Origin: an uncultured archaeon
Lineage (GTDB): Archaea > Asgardarchaeota > Lokiarchaeia > Sigyniarchaeales > SOKP01
Assembly: GCA_964486045.1 (NCBI GenBank)
Contig: CAZALK010000003.1
Coordinates: 192,001 to 256,000, forward strand
DNA: 64,000 nt
Direction of reading: 5' to 3'
Made by a program: the position numbers and the translations under genes
The notes under the pieces: model-generated
Told to the model about the DNA's origin: nothing
What the model saw: the letters and a program-made list of their open reading frames with translations, nothing else
The model's database searches: none
Shown here: in pieces, positions 52,102 to 61,613 of the stretch
Position numbering within the stretch: the first letter of the stretch is position 1
How the letters are laid out: each line of letters starts with the position of its first letter

Positions 52102-53208
52102 ATGAGTTTAGGAAAAGAAATTGAAATAAGGGACGAACTAATAAGAATCTTTAATGAAGTTCAAGGAGATAAGGTTTACGATTTCATTCTTGATGTTGTA
52201 TTAAAAGTCTTAGAAAGCACTTACGGTGTATTTTGCTATCTAAACTACGATCGTAAAATCGTTTGTCTCTCCATAGAAAAAAATTCTTGGACCGAGCATC
52301 AATTACCTGAAAAGGCAATGCTTCTAACTCAAGATGATTGGTTAGATATTTGGGGACGATCTGTTCTTGAAAAAGATACATTCGTTTCGCATGATCCATT
52401 TAATATGCCCGGAAGTAAAATTATTATTCAAAACCTGCTAGATGTCCCTATTTCGCATCGAAAGACCGTTCTAGGTCATATTCTTATAGCAAACAAATCA
52501 TCAAATTTTACTGATAAAGATACAAGTCTATTAGAAACTATTACAAATTATATTTTTCCTCTGTTAAAGTTAAGATTAAAACAGGAGAGTACTCAAAAGA
52601 AATTAATAGAATCCAAAAGAGCCTTAAAGAAATATAGGGAAAAATTTGATGAAGTCGATAAACAAATAATGTATCAATTATATTTAGATGGGAAAAAAAG
52701 CCCGCTTCATATGGAAAATGATGTTTTTAAAGCAAATAAGAAAAAAATGAGTCATGTGGGAATAAAGAATCGAATAGCAAAATTATTGGATTCTAAGACT
52801 TTAAACATTCAAGGAAATGTAAATTTTAAAAAAATTGGGGTTAAAGCCGCTTTTATTAAGTTTGAATTTGAAAATTTTGATTTTATTGATGATTTTATTG
52901 AGAAGTATACTCATTGTCCCCGAGTATTTATGATATCAAAAATTACTGGCCAATTTCATATTATAATATGTGTAATGGGTATGAGTTTAGCAGAGATAAA
53001 TGATTTTGTTAATCAGCGAATTTTAGAGGATAAAAAACAAATTAAATCTTCAAGCACGGTGTTTGCTTCAGAATTGATAAAGCCACAATTCTTTCCTCTA
53101 AAGATAGTTGGAGATTTTTATGAAAATATATATTTAAATAAAACTTGCAAAGCATTTTCTAAAAATCTCTGTAATGGATGCAATATTTTAAAATTTGATG
53201 GAACCTAA
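52102..53208 (+). CDS. GAF + Lrp/AsnC transcriptional regulator
   Basis: N-terminal GAF (LLDVPI...LGHILIANK...FTDKD), then DEVDKQIM...IKNRIAKL HTH, HCPRV and C-terminal C..C..C. Confidence 0.8.
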   Translation: MSLGKEIEIRDELIRIFNEVQGDKVYDFILDVVLKVLESTYGVFCYLNYDRKIVCLSIEKNSWTEHQLPEKAMLLTQDDWLDIWGRSVLEKDTFVSHDPFNMPGSKIIIQNLLDVPISHRKTVLGHILIANKSSNFTDKDTSLLETITNYIFPLLKLRLKQESTQKKLIESKRALKKYREKFDEVDKQIMYQLYLDGKKSPLHMENDVFKANKKKMSHVGIKNRIAKLLDSKTLNIQGNVNFKKIGVKAAFIKFEFENFDFIDDFIEKYTHCPRVFMISKITGQFHIIICVMGMSLAEINDFVNQRILEDKKQIKSSSTVFASELIKPQFFPLKIVGDFYENIYLNKTCKAFSKNLCNGCNILKFDGT

Positions 53209-53282
53209 AAAAAGTGGAATGACAATTTCTAAAAAAAATGATAATATATGGATTATTTAAACCACCGCAGAATTTTGTTATA

Positions 53283-53891
53283 CTATAACAGGCCATCAAT
53301 TTCAGTTGTAACTTTGCTATAAAAGTTATCGGTTCCAACAATTTTTTTAATAAAATTACCGTTTTTGTCCATAACTATTGTTGTAGGAGTATAGGAAACG
53401 CTCCATGGACTACGACTACTAATTGAATGCGAAATATCATCTCGTACAATATCCCAATTAGCATTAAGTGTATTCCTCCAATTATATAAACCACCATTAG
53501 AATCCGCGGGATCGATAGTTATAGTTAGGATGTAGAGTTGAGTGTTTGAATAATCATCTTCGATAACTGCCAAATAAGGATCCGCGACTTTACAGTAAGG
53601 ACAATTAAGATAAAAGAAATAAAGAAGAACTACTTTTCCTTGATGAGATGATAATTTAATTGTACTTCCATCAATATCTTGAAAAGTTATACCAGAGGGA
53701 TTTAATTCCTCCTCAATATTTCTACCAGAATAATCGATTGCAATTCCAATAACAAGTGCGATAGAAATTACTCCAATAATGATAAATAAAGGTGTAAATT
53801 TCTTAGATAACGCTTTTCCTTCTTTTTTTCGGATTCTACTTTCGTATCTTTTTTTTGCATCTCTTGCTTCCTTAGGGTTATACTTTGGCAT
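53283..53891 (-). CDS. membrane-anchored TlpA/ResA-like thiol-disulfide oxidoreductase
   Basis: TM helix, GKVVLLYFF..CPYC, YTPTT. Confidence 0.85.
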   Translation of the reverse strand: MPKYNPKEARDAKKRYESRIRKKEGKALSKKFTPLFIIIGVISIALVIGIAIDYSGRNIEEELNPSGITFQDIDGSTIKLSSHQGKVVLLYFFYLNCPYCKVADPYLAVIEDDYSNTQLYILTITIDPADSNGGLYNWRNTLNANWDIVRDDISHSISSRSPWSVSYTPTTIVMDKNGNFIKKIVGTDNFYSKVTTEIDGLL

Positions 53892-54373
53892 CCTTTATCA
53901 ATTTTTATTTTATGGTTAATTTTGAACTTTTTTTTTAATTAGACTTAATAACTAAAAAGACAATTTTGTAAATCGTATTTAAATGTAATGTTTATACTCC
54001 ATAATTTCACTCTTGCAGTGTGCGCAAGCAATATTTTCAGCTCAAATGGTTGGAAAACAACTGTTTATAATAATTGCTCTGTACGCAGTTTTAATGATGA
54101 TAACCTATATTCACTCTTTGATATTGACTTTCCTCATGACTTAACTTTTCATTAAAGGTTTTATCTAATCTATTCTAAAATCATTGAAAAATTTCTTGGA
54201 TATATTTTATTTTTGAGTTATATATAGAAATATATATTCTTTTAATTTTATAAGATAAGGTAATAATTTCAAGTGAAAAACGCTAAAGTAATCAAAACTT
54301 TTAAATATATAGTTTTATATATAATAATTGGAGATTGTTAATAAATCTTAATGGGGTGATAAAGCACAAGAAA

Positions 54374-54478
54374 ATGAACGCTAAAATGATGTATGAGATT
54401 ATTATGGCAGCAATTGGGCTATCTTCACTTGCCATGCTTGGCTATGTCTTGTTGCTACTTCTCGGGATCTTTCTGTAA
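54374..54478 (+). CDS. 34-aa single-TM small protein
   Basis: MNAKMMYEIIMAAIGLSSLAMLGYVLLLLLGIFL with GGGGTGAT SD at 54353-54360. Confidence 0.55.
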   Translation: MNAKMMYEIIMAAIGLSSLAMLGYVLLLLLGIFL

Positions 54479-54910
54479 AAATTTAGTTCTGTAAAACTTA
54501 ATCTATCCTCATAGATAGCTACTGAATTTCTTAATAACCAAAAAAATAGATCTTCAGTTTGAAAAATAATGATCTTTCTAAAATCAAAATCCTTTTCAAT
54601 ATCAAAATTAAGGAAGGACTAAGGGAACTAGGTTTAATAAAATGATTTCCCCTTTTTCTTCTCCCATCTAATATTAATTCTAAGTGCATTAGGTAGTGAA
54701 CTTATCTTTTTAGCTAATGAGTAGAATGAAATTAAAAAAATTAAAAAGCCTAAGATAAGATCTGATGTGGTTAAATATATCAATAAATCTCCACAAGGAA
54801 TTAAAGTTGACTCATTCATACAAAGAAATTATCTAATGATAAATAATTAAATTAATTTACAAAAATGAGAGTTGAAATTGATTATTAACTTTTACAGCTT
54901 CCCTTTTATA

Positions 54911-55648
54911 TCATTTTGGGATTATTCTTGGCTTTATTAAAGCCGTAAGTGAAAGAGGGATTACCCAGATCAGGATTGAGAAAAGTAACATCCACTCTAA
55001 TAATGGAGTACTGTCTATTAGATTCAAAATAGAAACAATTAATGGTCCAAATATTCCATAGACCCCTAGAATTTTGGGAATTTTAGTATCATATAAAACA
55101 ATTAACCAGCCCATAAAGAAAGCACCAAAAGTAAATCCACCAAAAGCTAGATACGACATAATACCATGAGGTCCCTGGCCTAAAATGGACAAGACTTCAT
55201 AGTCACGGTCTGCAGAAAAGATACCTACTCCAATATACCCTATATTTCCGATTATACTGAATAAAAAGGCAAAACTACTTAATCGAAAACGCAATCGAGA
55301 ATGGTGCCGATCTCTCAAATCTGTTTCTTTAGGTAATGGAGCAAGTGTTTTTTCCATGTAGAAAGTAAGCGGAATAGTCATAGATCCAGCAATTATACAT
55401 GCAATATCATATAAAATTGGGGCAGGAGTGTGATTGAATGATCCAAGATCAGAAATCCAGTTATCCCAAATAGTATATCCATCTGGATCGAAAATCGCAG
55501 CTATGAGAACTCCTATTATAAGCAGTGATATATAGCCTACCATAACAACCATGGCGCAGCGTTTCACTAAAGTGGGATTAGTAACAACATTGTAGAATCT
55601 TGCCCTACCTTTATTAATTGATTGCCGAATTGTCATAACGTATTTCAT
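54911..55648 (-). CDS. DUF998-like membrane protein
   Basis: GYTIWDNWISDLG, GVGIFS, H...S.LAF. Confidence 0.8.
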   Translation of the reverse strand: MKYVMTIRQSINKGRARFYNVVTNPTLVKRCAMVVMVGYISLLIIGVLIAAIFDPDGYTIWDNWISDLGSFNHTPAPILYDIACIIAGSMTIPLTFYMEKTLAPLPKETDLRDRHHSRLRFRLSSFAFLFSIIGNIGYIGVGIFSADRDYEVLSILGQGPHGIMSYLAFGGFTFGAFFMGWLIVLYDTKIPKILGVYGIFGPLIVSILNLIDSTPLLEWMLLFSILIWVIPLSLTALIKPRIIPK

Positions 55649-55935
55649 AATGTATATAACTTAAATAGAATGTAAAAATGTCCTTGCCTTTATAGTAGTA
55701 AAATCCTAATTAATGGTAAAAGCATAGAATTAAAACTAAAGAAAAAATGCATTTATTGTAGTTTGATTCAGGTTTTATAATCGAATACCACTTAGAAGCA
55801 CAAATTTCTAACGGATCCAGTAGTAATAAACTGTGGTTATGTCATATTTGGTAAATATTTTTATAGGTCATGATCTATTTTGATAATAGTTGAAGCTAAA
55901 AATAAAATCTCTCAAAAATACTGTAGGCTTATTGA

Positions 55936-57534
55936 ATGACAAAACCAAAGATTCTCCCAAGTGAAATATACCAGAGAATAGAAGAATTTGGATTAAAAAC
56001 TTCAGTAGGTATGCTAACAGATATAATTGAATTAGATAGAGACGATAAAAGAAGGATAGAATCACTCAAATATTTAGCATTAATGAGCCATAACTCGCCA
56101 TCAATCGAGACCGAGTGCTATGACATATTTGAAAGTATATTAGTGTCTGAAGAAAAGGTTGGAATAAGATGCGAAGCCGCGAAAGCTTTAGGAACAATAA
56201 AACATGAAAAAGGATTAGACCCATTAAAATGGGTATTAGAACAAAACCAAATTAACAATCAAACGAAATTGTCTGTTTTAAATGCAATTAGAAAAATCAG
56301 GTTTCAAGAACCAGAAGCTCAACTCTTTATTAATGAATTAGATAGCAATTTTGGGTCAATAAAGGAATATGTTTCAATTCAGTTATTAAGCTTAAATCCT
56401 GAAATATTAATACCTGTGCTATTAGATTCGTTAAAAAACAAAGATTATTCAAATCAACACAAAATCGAATTAGTAAAATTACTTGGGTTAAAATTAACAA
56501 GTATCAATATATCTTCTGATAACGTCAGCGATATAATAGGTGATAATCATCAGATTTTAACTAATCTAATTCAAAACAAAATAAATTTACTTGACATAAT
56601 TACATTGATATTAAGAGAAGAAGATAAGGAATTAATGAATTCTGCTATTACAATTTTAAAAATATTGGAAGAAGAAATTGAAACTAATTTAATAGAACTG
56701 GCATTAATCGATGATTTTAGGGTAAAGAAGAACGCTATTGTTTTAATTGGTAAATTAAAACTTAAGAATGCTGTCGATTTACTCATTACTAATTTAGATA
56801 ATATCTATAATGAGGTTATTATTGCTTCAATTGAAAGTTTAAGCGAAATTGGAGATATATCAGCTGTACCTGAACTGTTAAATATTTTAGATATTGAAGA
56901 TGCAAGTTTTGAATTCTTAGATTTTAGTTTTTTTTCATATATTTTAGACGCAGTGAAGAAAATTTATTTAAATAATAAAAATACTCCCTATGATTATTTG
57001 TATGCGTCTTTAGCTAAAGATAATAACGTTCTTAAAGAGAGCATAGCCTATATTTTCGGGGAACTAGGGGAAGACGAGTTTATCGGTCCATTAACAGATT
57101 TATTGAGCGTTCCAAACTTAGATGTGAAAAAAAATGCAATCATCGCATTAGGAAAAATAGGAAATGTCACTCCGTTAGAGCATTTGATTAATGTATTAAC
57201 TGATGATAATTCTTATTGGTTGATAAAAAAGGTAACAGTTGATGCAATCTATACCATATTTCAGAATAATTGGTATAGAGTACAAGACGATGTGAAGGAT
57301 ATCCGAAGAATTTTAAATAAAAATATTGCTGAGTTAGTTGACTATTTAGGAAATTCAGGAGAAGAAAACTTTAAAGTTAAATTAAGTTTAATTAGGCTAT
57401 TGGAAACTTATGGAGATGACCATTCATTAAGTGCCTTACTTAAAAGGGTTAACGATTTCCATAGAATTGTCAGGATTCGTGCTTCTGATGCTATTAAAAG
57501 GATCCAAGAAAGACTTGAATTAGAAAATAATTAA
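55936..57534 (+). CDS. HEAT-repeat protein
   Basis: Repeated (R/K)..A..ALG.(I/L) PBS/HEAT units. Confidence 0.88.
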   Translation: MTKPKILPSEIYQRIEEFGLKTSVGMLTDIIELDRDDKRRIESLKYLALMSHNSPSIETECYDIFESILVSEEKVGIRCEAAKALGTIKHEKGLDPLKWVLEQNQINNQTKLSVLNAIRKIRFQEPEAQLFINELDSNFGSIKEYVSIQLLSLNPEILIPVLLDSLKNKDYSNQHKIELVKLLGLKLTSINISSDNVSDIIGDNHQILTNLIQNKINLLDIITLILREEDKELMNSAITILKILEEEIETNLIELALIDDFRVKKNAIVLIGKLKLKNAVDLLITNLDNIYNEVIIASIESLSEIGDISAVPELLNILDIEDASFEFLDFSFFSYILDAVKKIYLNNKNTPYDYLYASLAKDNNVLKESIAYIFGELGEDEFIGPLTDLLSVPNLDVKKNAIIALGKIGNVTPLEHLINVLTDDNSYWLIKKVTVDAIYTIFQNNWYRVQDDVKDIRRILNKNIAELVDYLGNSGEENFKVKLSLIRLLETYGDDHSLSALLKRVNDFHRIVRIRASDAIKRIQERLELENN

Positions 57535-57671
57535 TCTAATTTTTTCTAGAAATGTGCTCTCAATTGTTCTAATCTCAAAAGTGAATTTAACCATAATTTT
57601 CTTATGCTCTATTTTATGTTAATTTCGGATTTTGAGATGCAAATCTGGGTTTAGATTATTTCTGGTCCACA

Positions 57672-59115
57672 TTTTCTGTAGAAATATATTTGTGTGGTAT
57701 TGTAAAAATTTGTACGGAAAGCTTAAATATTCTGGAGTAATTAAAATGCTTACTTGCACTCATTTAAAAACTAGAGTTGAACATGTTTATTCCCAATCAC
57801 AAGTTCGGTCAAATAACCGTTGCGAAAGTAAACAACTCCGATGAATTAAAGCAGATATTGACTGATCCTTGGCTCGAATCCGAGACCATCATTATCAAAC
57901 CGAACTGGGGGTCAAATCAACCAGCCCAATTCAACGATTCCAAGACTATAAGAATGATTTTAGAGACCTTTGACTCCCATATCGTGGTCACGGAGTCACA
58001 CGTACATTCCTTTAGTCCTCCTAAGGAGGGAGGGAGTATCACCATCGGAGATAAAGAAGTCAACTGGGAATGGGTCCTAAAGGGTGAGGGATGGAACTGG
58101 CTCATCGAAAACCCAGACTGGGATTGGCTCAAGAAAGACGAGTACTGGAATCAGCTCAAAAAGGCGGAAAAAGCCTTCCTTGACGAATTTGGTTTCACCG
58201 ATCTCTTTAAAGAGTTCGGTGTCAGCTACATCAATGTGACTGATGAGTTCTGGAATGAAAGGATAGCCGATCCAACAGAAGTTAAGAGTTTAGTAGAAGC
58301 ACGCTTCAAACCGGTCAAAATAGATAAGCTTTATAGTATGGTCCCGAAGAAACTTTACGATCTGCGTGGATCGACATTTATCAGCTTAGCTAAGCTGAAA
58401 CATTATGCCTCTTTTACTATAAAGAACATTTTTGGAATGATACCTGATCCGATAAGACCTTGGTGGCATGGACCAAAAAATAGTAGGATTGTTACAAGCA
58501 TTATCGATATCAACAAAATTTACCATTCTTTATTCAATGTTTATGGGATATGTGACGCTTTGAACGCTACTGCTTTCCCTCACCCCGAAGGCAAGTTTGA
58601 ATTTATTGGTAAGTATAACATTATAAAGGCCTTTGGGGTTGTGGCCTTTGGTAGACATCTTGTATCTCTTGACGCTATCCTCCTTAACCTCACTGATCAA
58701 TGGATTACGGTGGTACCAAAGTTAAATAAAGTACCAATTGACATCGCCCAAAAGGAGTTCGGACCCTATGATAAGGAATTCCTCAAAGAATCAAAATTGA
58801 AGGTGGGGGACTGGTTATCGCCCTAGCTATACTGACGAAATCTAATTGTATTTTTATTTTTATGAAGAATTTAATTGTCTAATATTGTTGCCTCTTAAAA
58901 CTTAGAGAAGATCCTCATCTAAATCTTTATTAAATTTCATAAAATGTTTGAGTTATAGTTATGATGCAAATGCGAACATCCAGAAGTGATTAGTGGTCAG
59001 GATGTCTGTGCTAAAAAGAATTTGAGTGAGGAAGATAGTTTATTAACTTTTCAGTAGAAATATATTAGTGTGGTATCGTAAAAATCTAAATAAAAAACTT
59101 AAATATTTTGGAAGT
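57672..59115 (+). repeat. about 65-bp diverged direct repeats (57672-57738, 59048-59115) flanking the DUF362 gene
   Basis: ttttc(t/a)gtagaaatatatt(t/a)gtgtggtat(t/c)gtaaaaat...cttaaatatt(c/t)tgga. Confidence 0.8.
57777..58826 (+). CDS. DUF362 domain protein
   Basis: IIIKPNW, ISLAKLK...TIKNIFGMIP. Confidence 0.75.
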   Translation: MNMFIPNHKFGQITVAKVNNSDELKQILTDPWLESETIIIKPNWGSNQPAQFNDSKTIRMILETFDSHIVVTESHVHSFSPPKEGGSITIGDKEVNWEWVLKGEGWNWLIENPDWDWLKKDEYWNQLKKAEKAFLDEFGFTDLFKEFGVSYINVTDEFWNERIADPTEVKSLVEARFKPVKIDKLYSMVPKKLYDLRGSTFISLAKLKHYASFTIKNIFGMIPDPIRPWWHGPKNSRIVTSIIDINKIYHSLFNVYGICDALNATAFPHPEGKFEFIGKYNIIKAFGVVAFGRHLVSLDAILLNLTDQWITVVPKLNKVPIDIAQKEFGPYDKEFLKESKLKVGDWLSP

Positions 59116-59203
59116 GTATGACAGTATAATCTAGTCTTCCCCCTGATTTTCGATATTATCTTTTTCAATAGACGCATCAAAAATATCGAAGATTTTGATT
59201 TAT

Positions 59204-59896
59204 CTATATATCTTGCATCCATACTCTAAAGTTTGAAAACTTAATACTAAATTCTTTAAACTTATTTACAACCAGTAATAATCCTTTTTCAGGTATAATA
59301 AATGAACCCCGTCCTAATTTCATTCCCTGCAATTTTTTTACTATCCCTTCTTTTTTATATTTGTATAATTTCTCTGAATATTTCTTAGTAGTTTTATATC
59401 CATATAGTATTCTTTTTAGTTTCATTTTATCCGAACTATTAAGTGCTCTTAGATTTAAAGTTATGATTTGATATGGCTTAAATTCAAGAGTTTTTATTAA
59501 AATTTCATAATAATTAGAATTCCCATAAAGCAATTGTCCTTCTGCCAAGATATTTTCAATAAAAATTCTATCCCAGTTATTTATATCCTCCGGTAAAAAG
59601 AACACACATTGGATGGAGAGGTTTAAATCTTTTCCTAGGCTTAAAAAATAGTTAAAAATAGTATTTTGCAACATTTTAGGAGTATTTTGCTTAAATAAAA
59701 TACAGATGTCAATATCACTCTCCTTATTAAATTTTCCTGAAGCCAAAGAGCCAAATAATACAATACTTTCAATCTCTTTAAATTCGGAGAGTTTGCTGCC
59801 TATAAAATTTTTGATTTTATTTATAAGCTTCTCCAATTTTGGATTTTTTCCATAATCTTCAATCTGGTTTTTTTCAAATTTTATATTAAGAGCCAA
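59204..59896 (-). CDS. minimal nucleotidyltransferase (MNT) with C-terminal extra domain
   Basis: VLFGSLASG...SDIDI. Confidence 0.85.
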   Translation of the reverse strand: MALNIKFEKNQIEDYGKNPKLEKLINKIKNFIGSKLSEFKEIESIVLFGSLASGKFNKESDIDICILFKQNTPKMLQNTIFNYFLSLGKDLNLSIQCVFFLPEDINNWDRIFIENILAEGQLLYGNSNYYEILIKTLEFKPYQIITLNLRALNSSDKMKLKRILYGYKTTKKYSEKLYKYKKEGIVKKLQGMKLGRGSFIIPEKGLLLVVNKFKEFSIKFSNFRVWMQDI

Positions 59897-59897
59897 C

Positions 59898-60257
59898 TTA
59901 TAACACCTTTTTACATATCTCTTCTAATTTGTAATATTTCTCCTTTAATTCATTAAAATCATCATCTGTCCAACTAAATCCATAAGTAAATTTTGGACGA
60001 ATTTTATTTTCAATATCTTGAAATAATCGCCATACATTTTCTGTTTCCTTTTCAAAGATATTAGGATTATTTTCTAAAACGATCCTTACTTTTTGATGTT
60101 TGTTAACATGTATTCGATATTTCGCAGCGCAGCATTCAATTAAATGAAATATCGAAAGAAAATATAATTCTGCTCTAGAAGGCTTTGAATTAACCTCATT
60201 TTCAGCATCTTTTTTAAAATTCAAATATGATTTTTTATGATTTTCAAATTTACTCAT
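59898..60257 (-). CDS. HEPN-like protein (MNT-HEPN pair)
   Basis: Small helical protein with ELYFLSIFHLIE, HQKVR and RPKFTYG; 1 nt from MNT. Start at ATG 60257. Confidence 0.7.
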   Translation of the reverse strand: MSKFENHKKSYLNFKKDAENEVNSKPSRAELYFLSIFHLIECCAAKYRIHVNKHQKVRIVLENNPNIFEKETENVWRLFQDIENKIRPKFTYGFSWTDDDFNELKEKYYKLEEICKKVL

Positions 60258-60452
60258 ATTTAACATCAATTCATTTTTCGTAATATAATAATGCGAAAGA
60301 ATATATAAATATTTACCCTTATTTTTTATGCAATTTAAAGCCATAGGGAAGTGCATAACATAATTTAATATATTCTCGTAATGAAAATTTGTTTGAAGGA
60401 GAACATTCTTTATATCCTTGATTTCATTTTTTTTTATTTAGATTTATAACTC

Positions 60453-61613
60453 ATTTCTAATTAGGAGAGAGTTAGTTTCTTCTCATTATAATAATCTTTT
60501 TTTAACATAATCTATAATATTTATTTGAAATTTTTAATTTTGTAATTTCAAACTTTAGTTTACAAGAATTATCATGACAGAGGTTAAAGGTAAAATGAAA
60601 GCGATTTTATACGCCAAATACGTTAAATTGGAGAATTCTGTATGAAAGTTGAAATGTTCTTATCTGGTTTTCTCTTTCTGTTTATTATAATTACAAACAT
60701 TGCAAGTGTGAGATTTGGGAATAAAACTTTTAGTGATTTGGACTCAGATGCTAAACTGCAGGAGATTAACAATGATCCAAAAAAATTCAAAATTAGTATC
60801 GTGTTAATACTCATAGAGCACGTTAGCATAATATCTCTTGCTGTAACGTTGTTTATTGCTTTTAGTCCATATAACGTAATACTTGGAATTGTTTGGGCTA
60901 TCTTTCGAATAGGAGAAGGTTTGATCCAAATCTACAATAAGAAAAACTTTTGGGGACTTCTCAATATAGCAAAACAATACTCAAGTACTAGTGGTGCTGA
61001 AAAAAATGCGTCAATTGATTCAGGTCGTAGCATTCTCAAAACAAAAAACTCTAGTTTCACATTTGCCCAAATCTTATTCTCCATTGGTACTCTTGCATAC
61101 TCAATCCTGTTTGCTACATATGGAGTTGTACCCGCATTTATTGGTTGGTTTGGGATTGTTGCTAGCATTCTCTATGGTGCCGGTGCGGGTATAACACTGG
61201 TTAAACCTGACTTTAAAGTCCTGTGGAAAATCGGGGGTTTGTTAATTTTGCTTTATGAAATAGTCTTAGGAGGATGGCTATTGTTATCTCCACTCTTCGT
61301 CCCATAACGGACTTGATAAATGCGTTTCTCCTCCGGGGAAGCTAAAATTTTGATATAGGTTGACCCATCAAATTCTAAAAAAGTTCAAAAATATTATCTT
61401 TTTTACTCATGTTGATAAATACTACCTAAAAAAATACTAAAATTTGCAGGTTTTTTTATTTTTTTTAAGCTTTTAATTTATTTCTAAAAAAGAGTGAGAA
61501 GGTTTTTCTCATTATACTAATCTTTTTCTTACATAATTTATTATATTTATTTGAAATTTTAATTTTCTTAATTCATATTCTAGTTTTCAAGAATTATCAT
61601 GACCGAAGATAAA
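60453..61613 (+). repeat. about 135-bp diverged direct repeats (60453-60588, 61480-61613), promoter plus first codons
   Basis: ttctcattata(a/c)taatcttttt...atatttatttgaaatttt...caagaattatcATGac; encode MTEVK and MTEDK. Confidence 0.85.
60642..61307 (+). CDS. DUF4386-like membrane protein
   Basis: FRIGEG, VPAFIGWFG, YEIVLGGWLL. Confidence 0.8.
   Translation: MKVEMFLSGFLFLFIIITNIASVRFGNKTFSDLDSDAKLQEINNDPKKFKISIVLILIEHVSIISLAVTLFIAFSPYNVILGIVWAIFRIGEGLIQIYNKKNFWGLLNIAKQYSSTSGAEKNASIDSGRSILKTKNSSFTFAQILFSIGTLAYSILFATYGVVPAFIGWFGIVASILYGAGAGITLVKPDFKVLWKIGGLLILLYEIVLGGWLLLSPLFVP

Noticed and set aside
53980-54140. Minus-strand frame with UGA codons and CAHC as another selenoprotein
   Set aside because: It contains an in-frame TAG and has no recognisable homology or SECIS.
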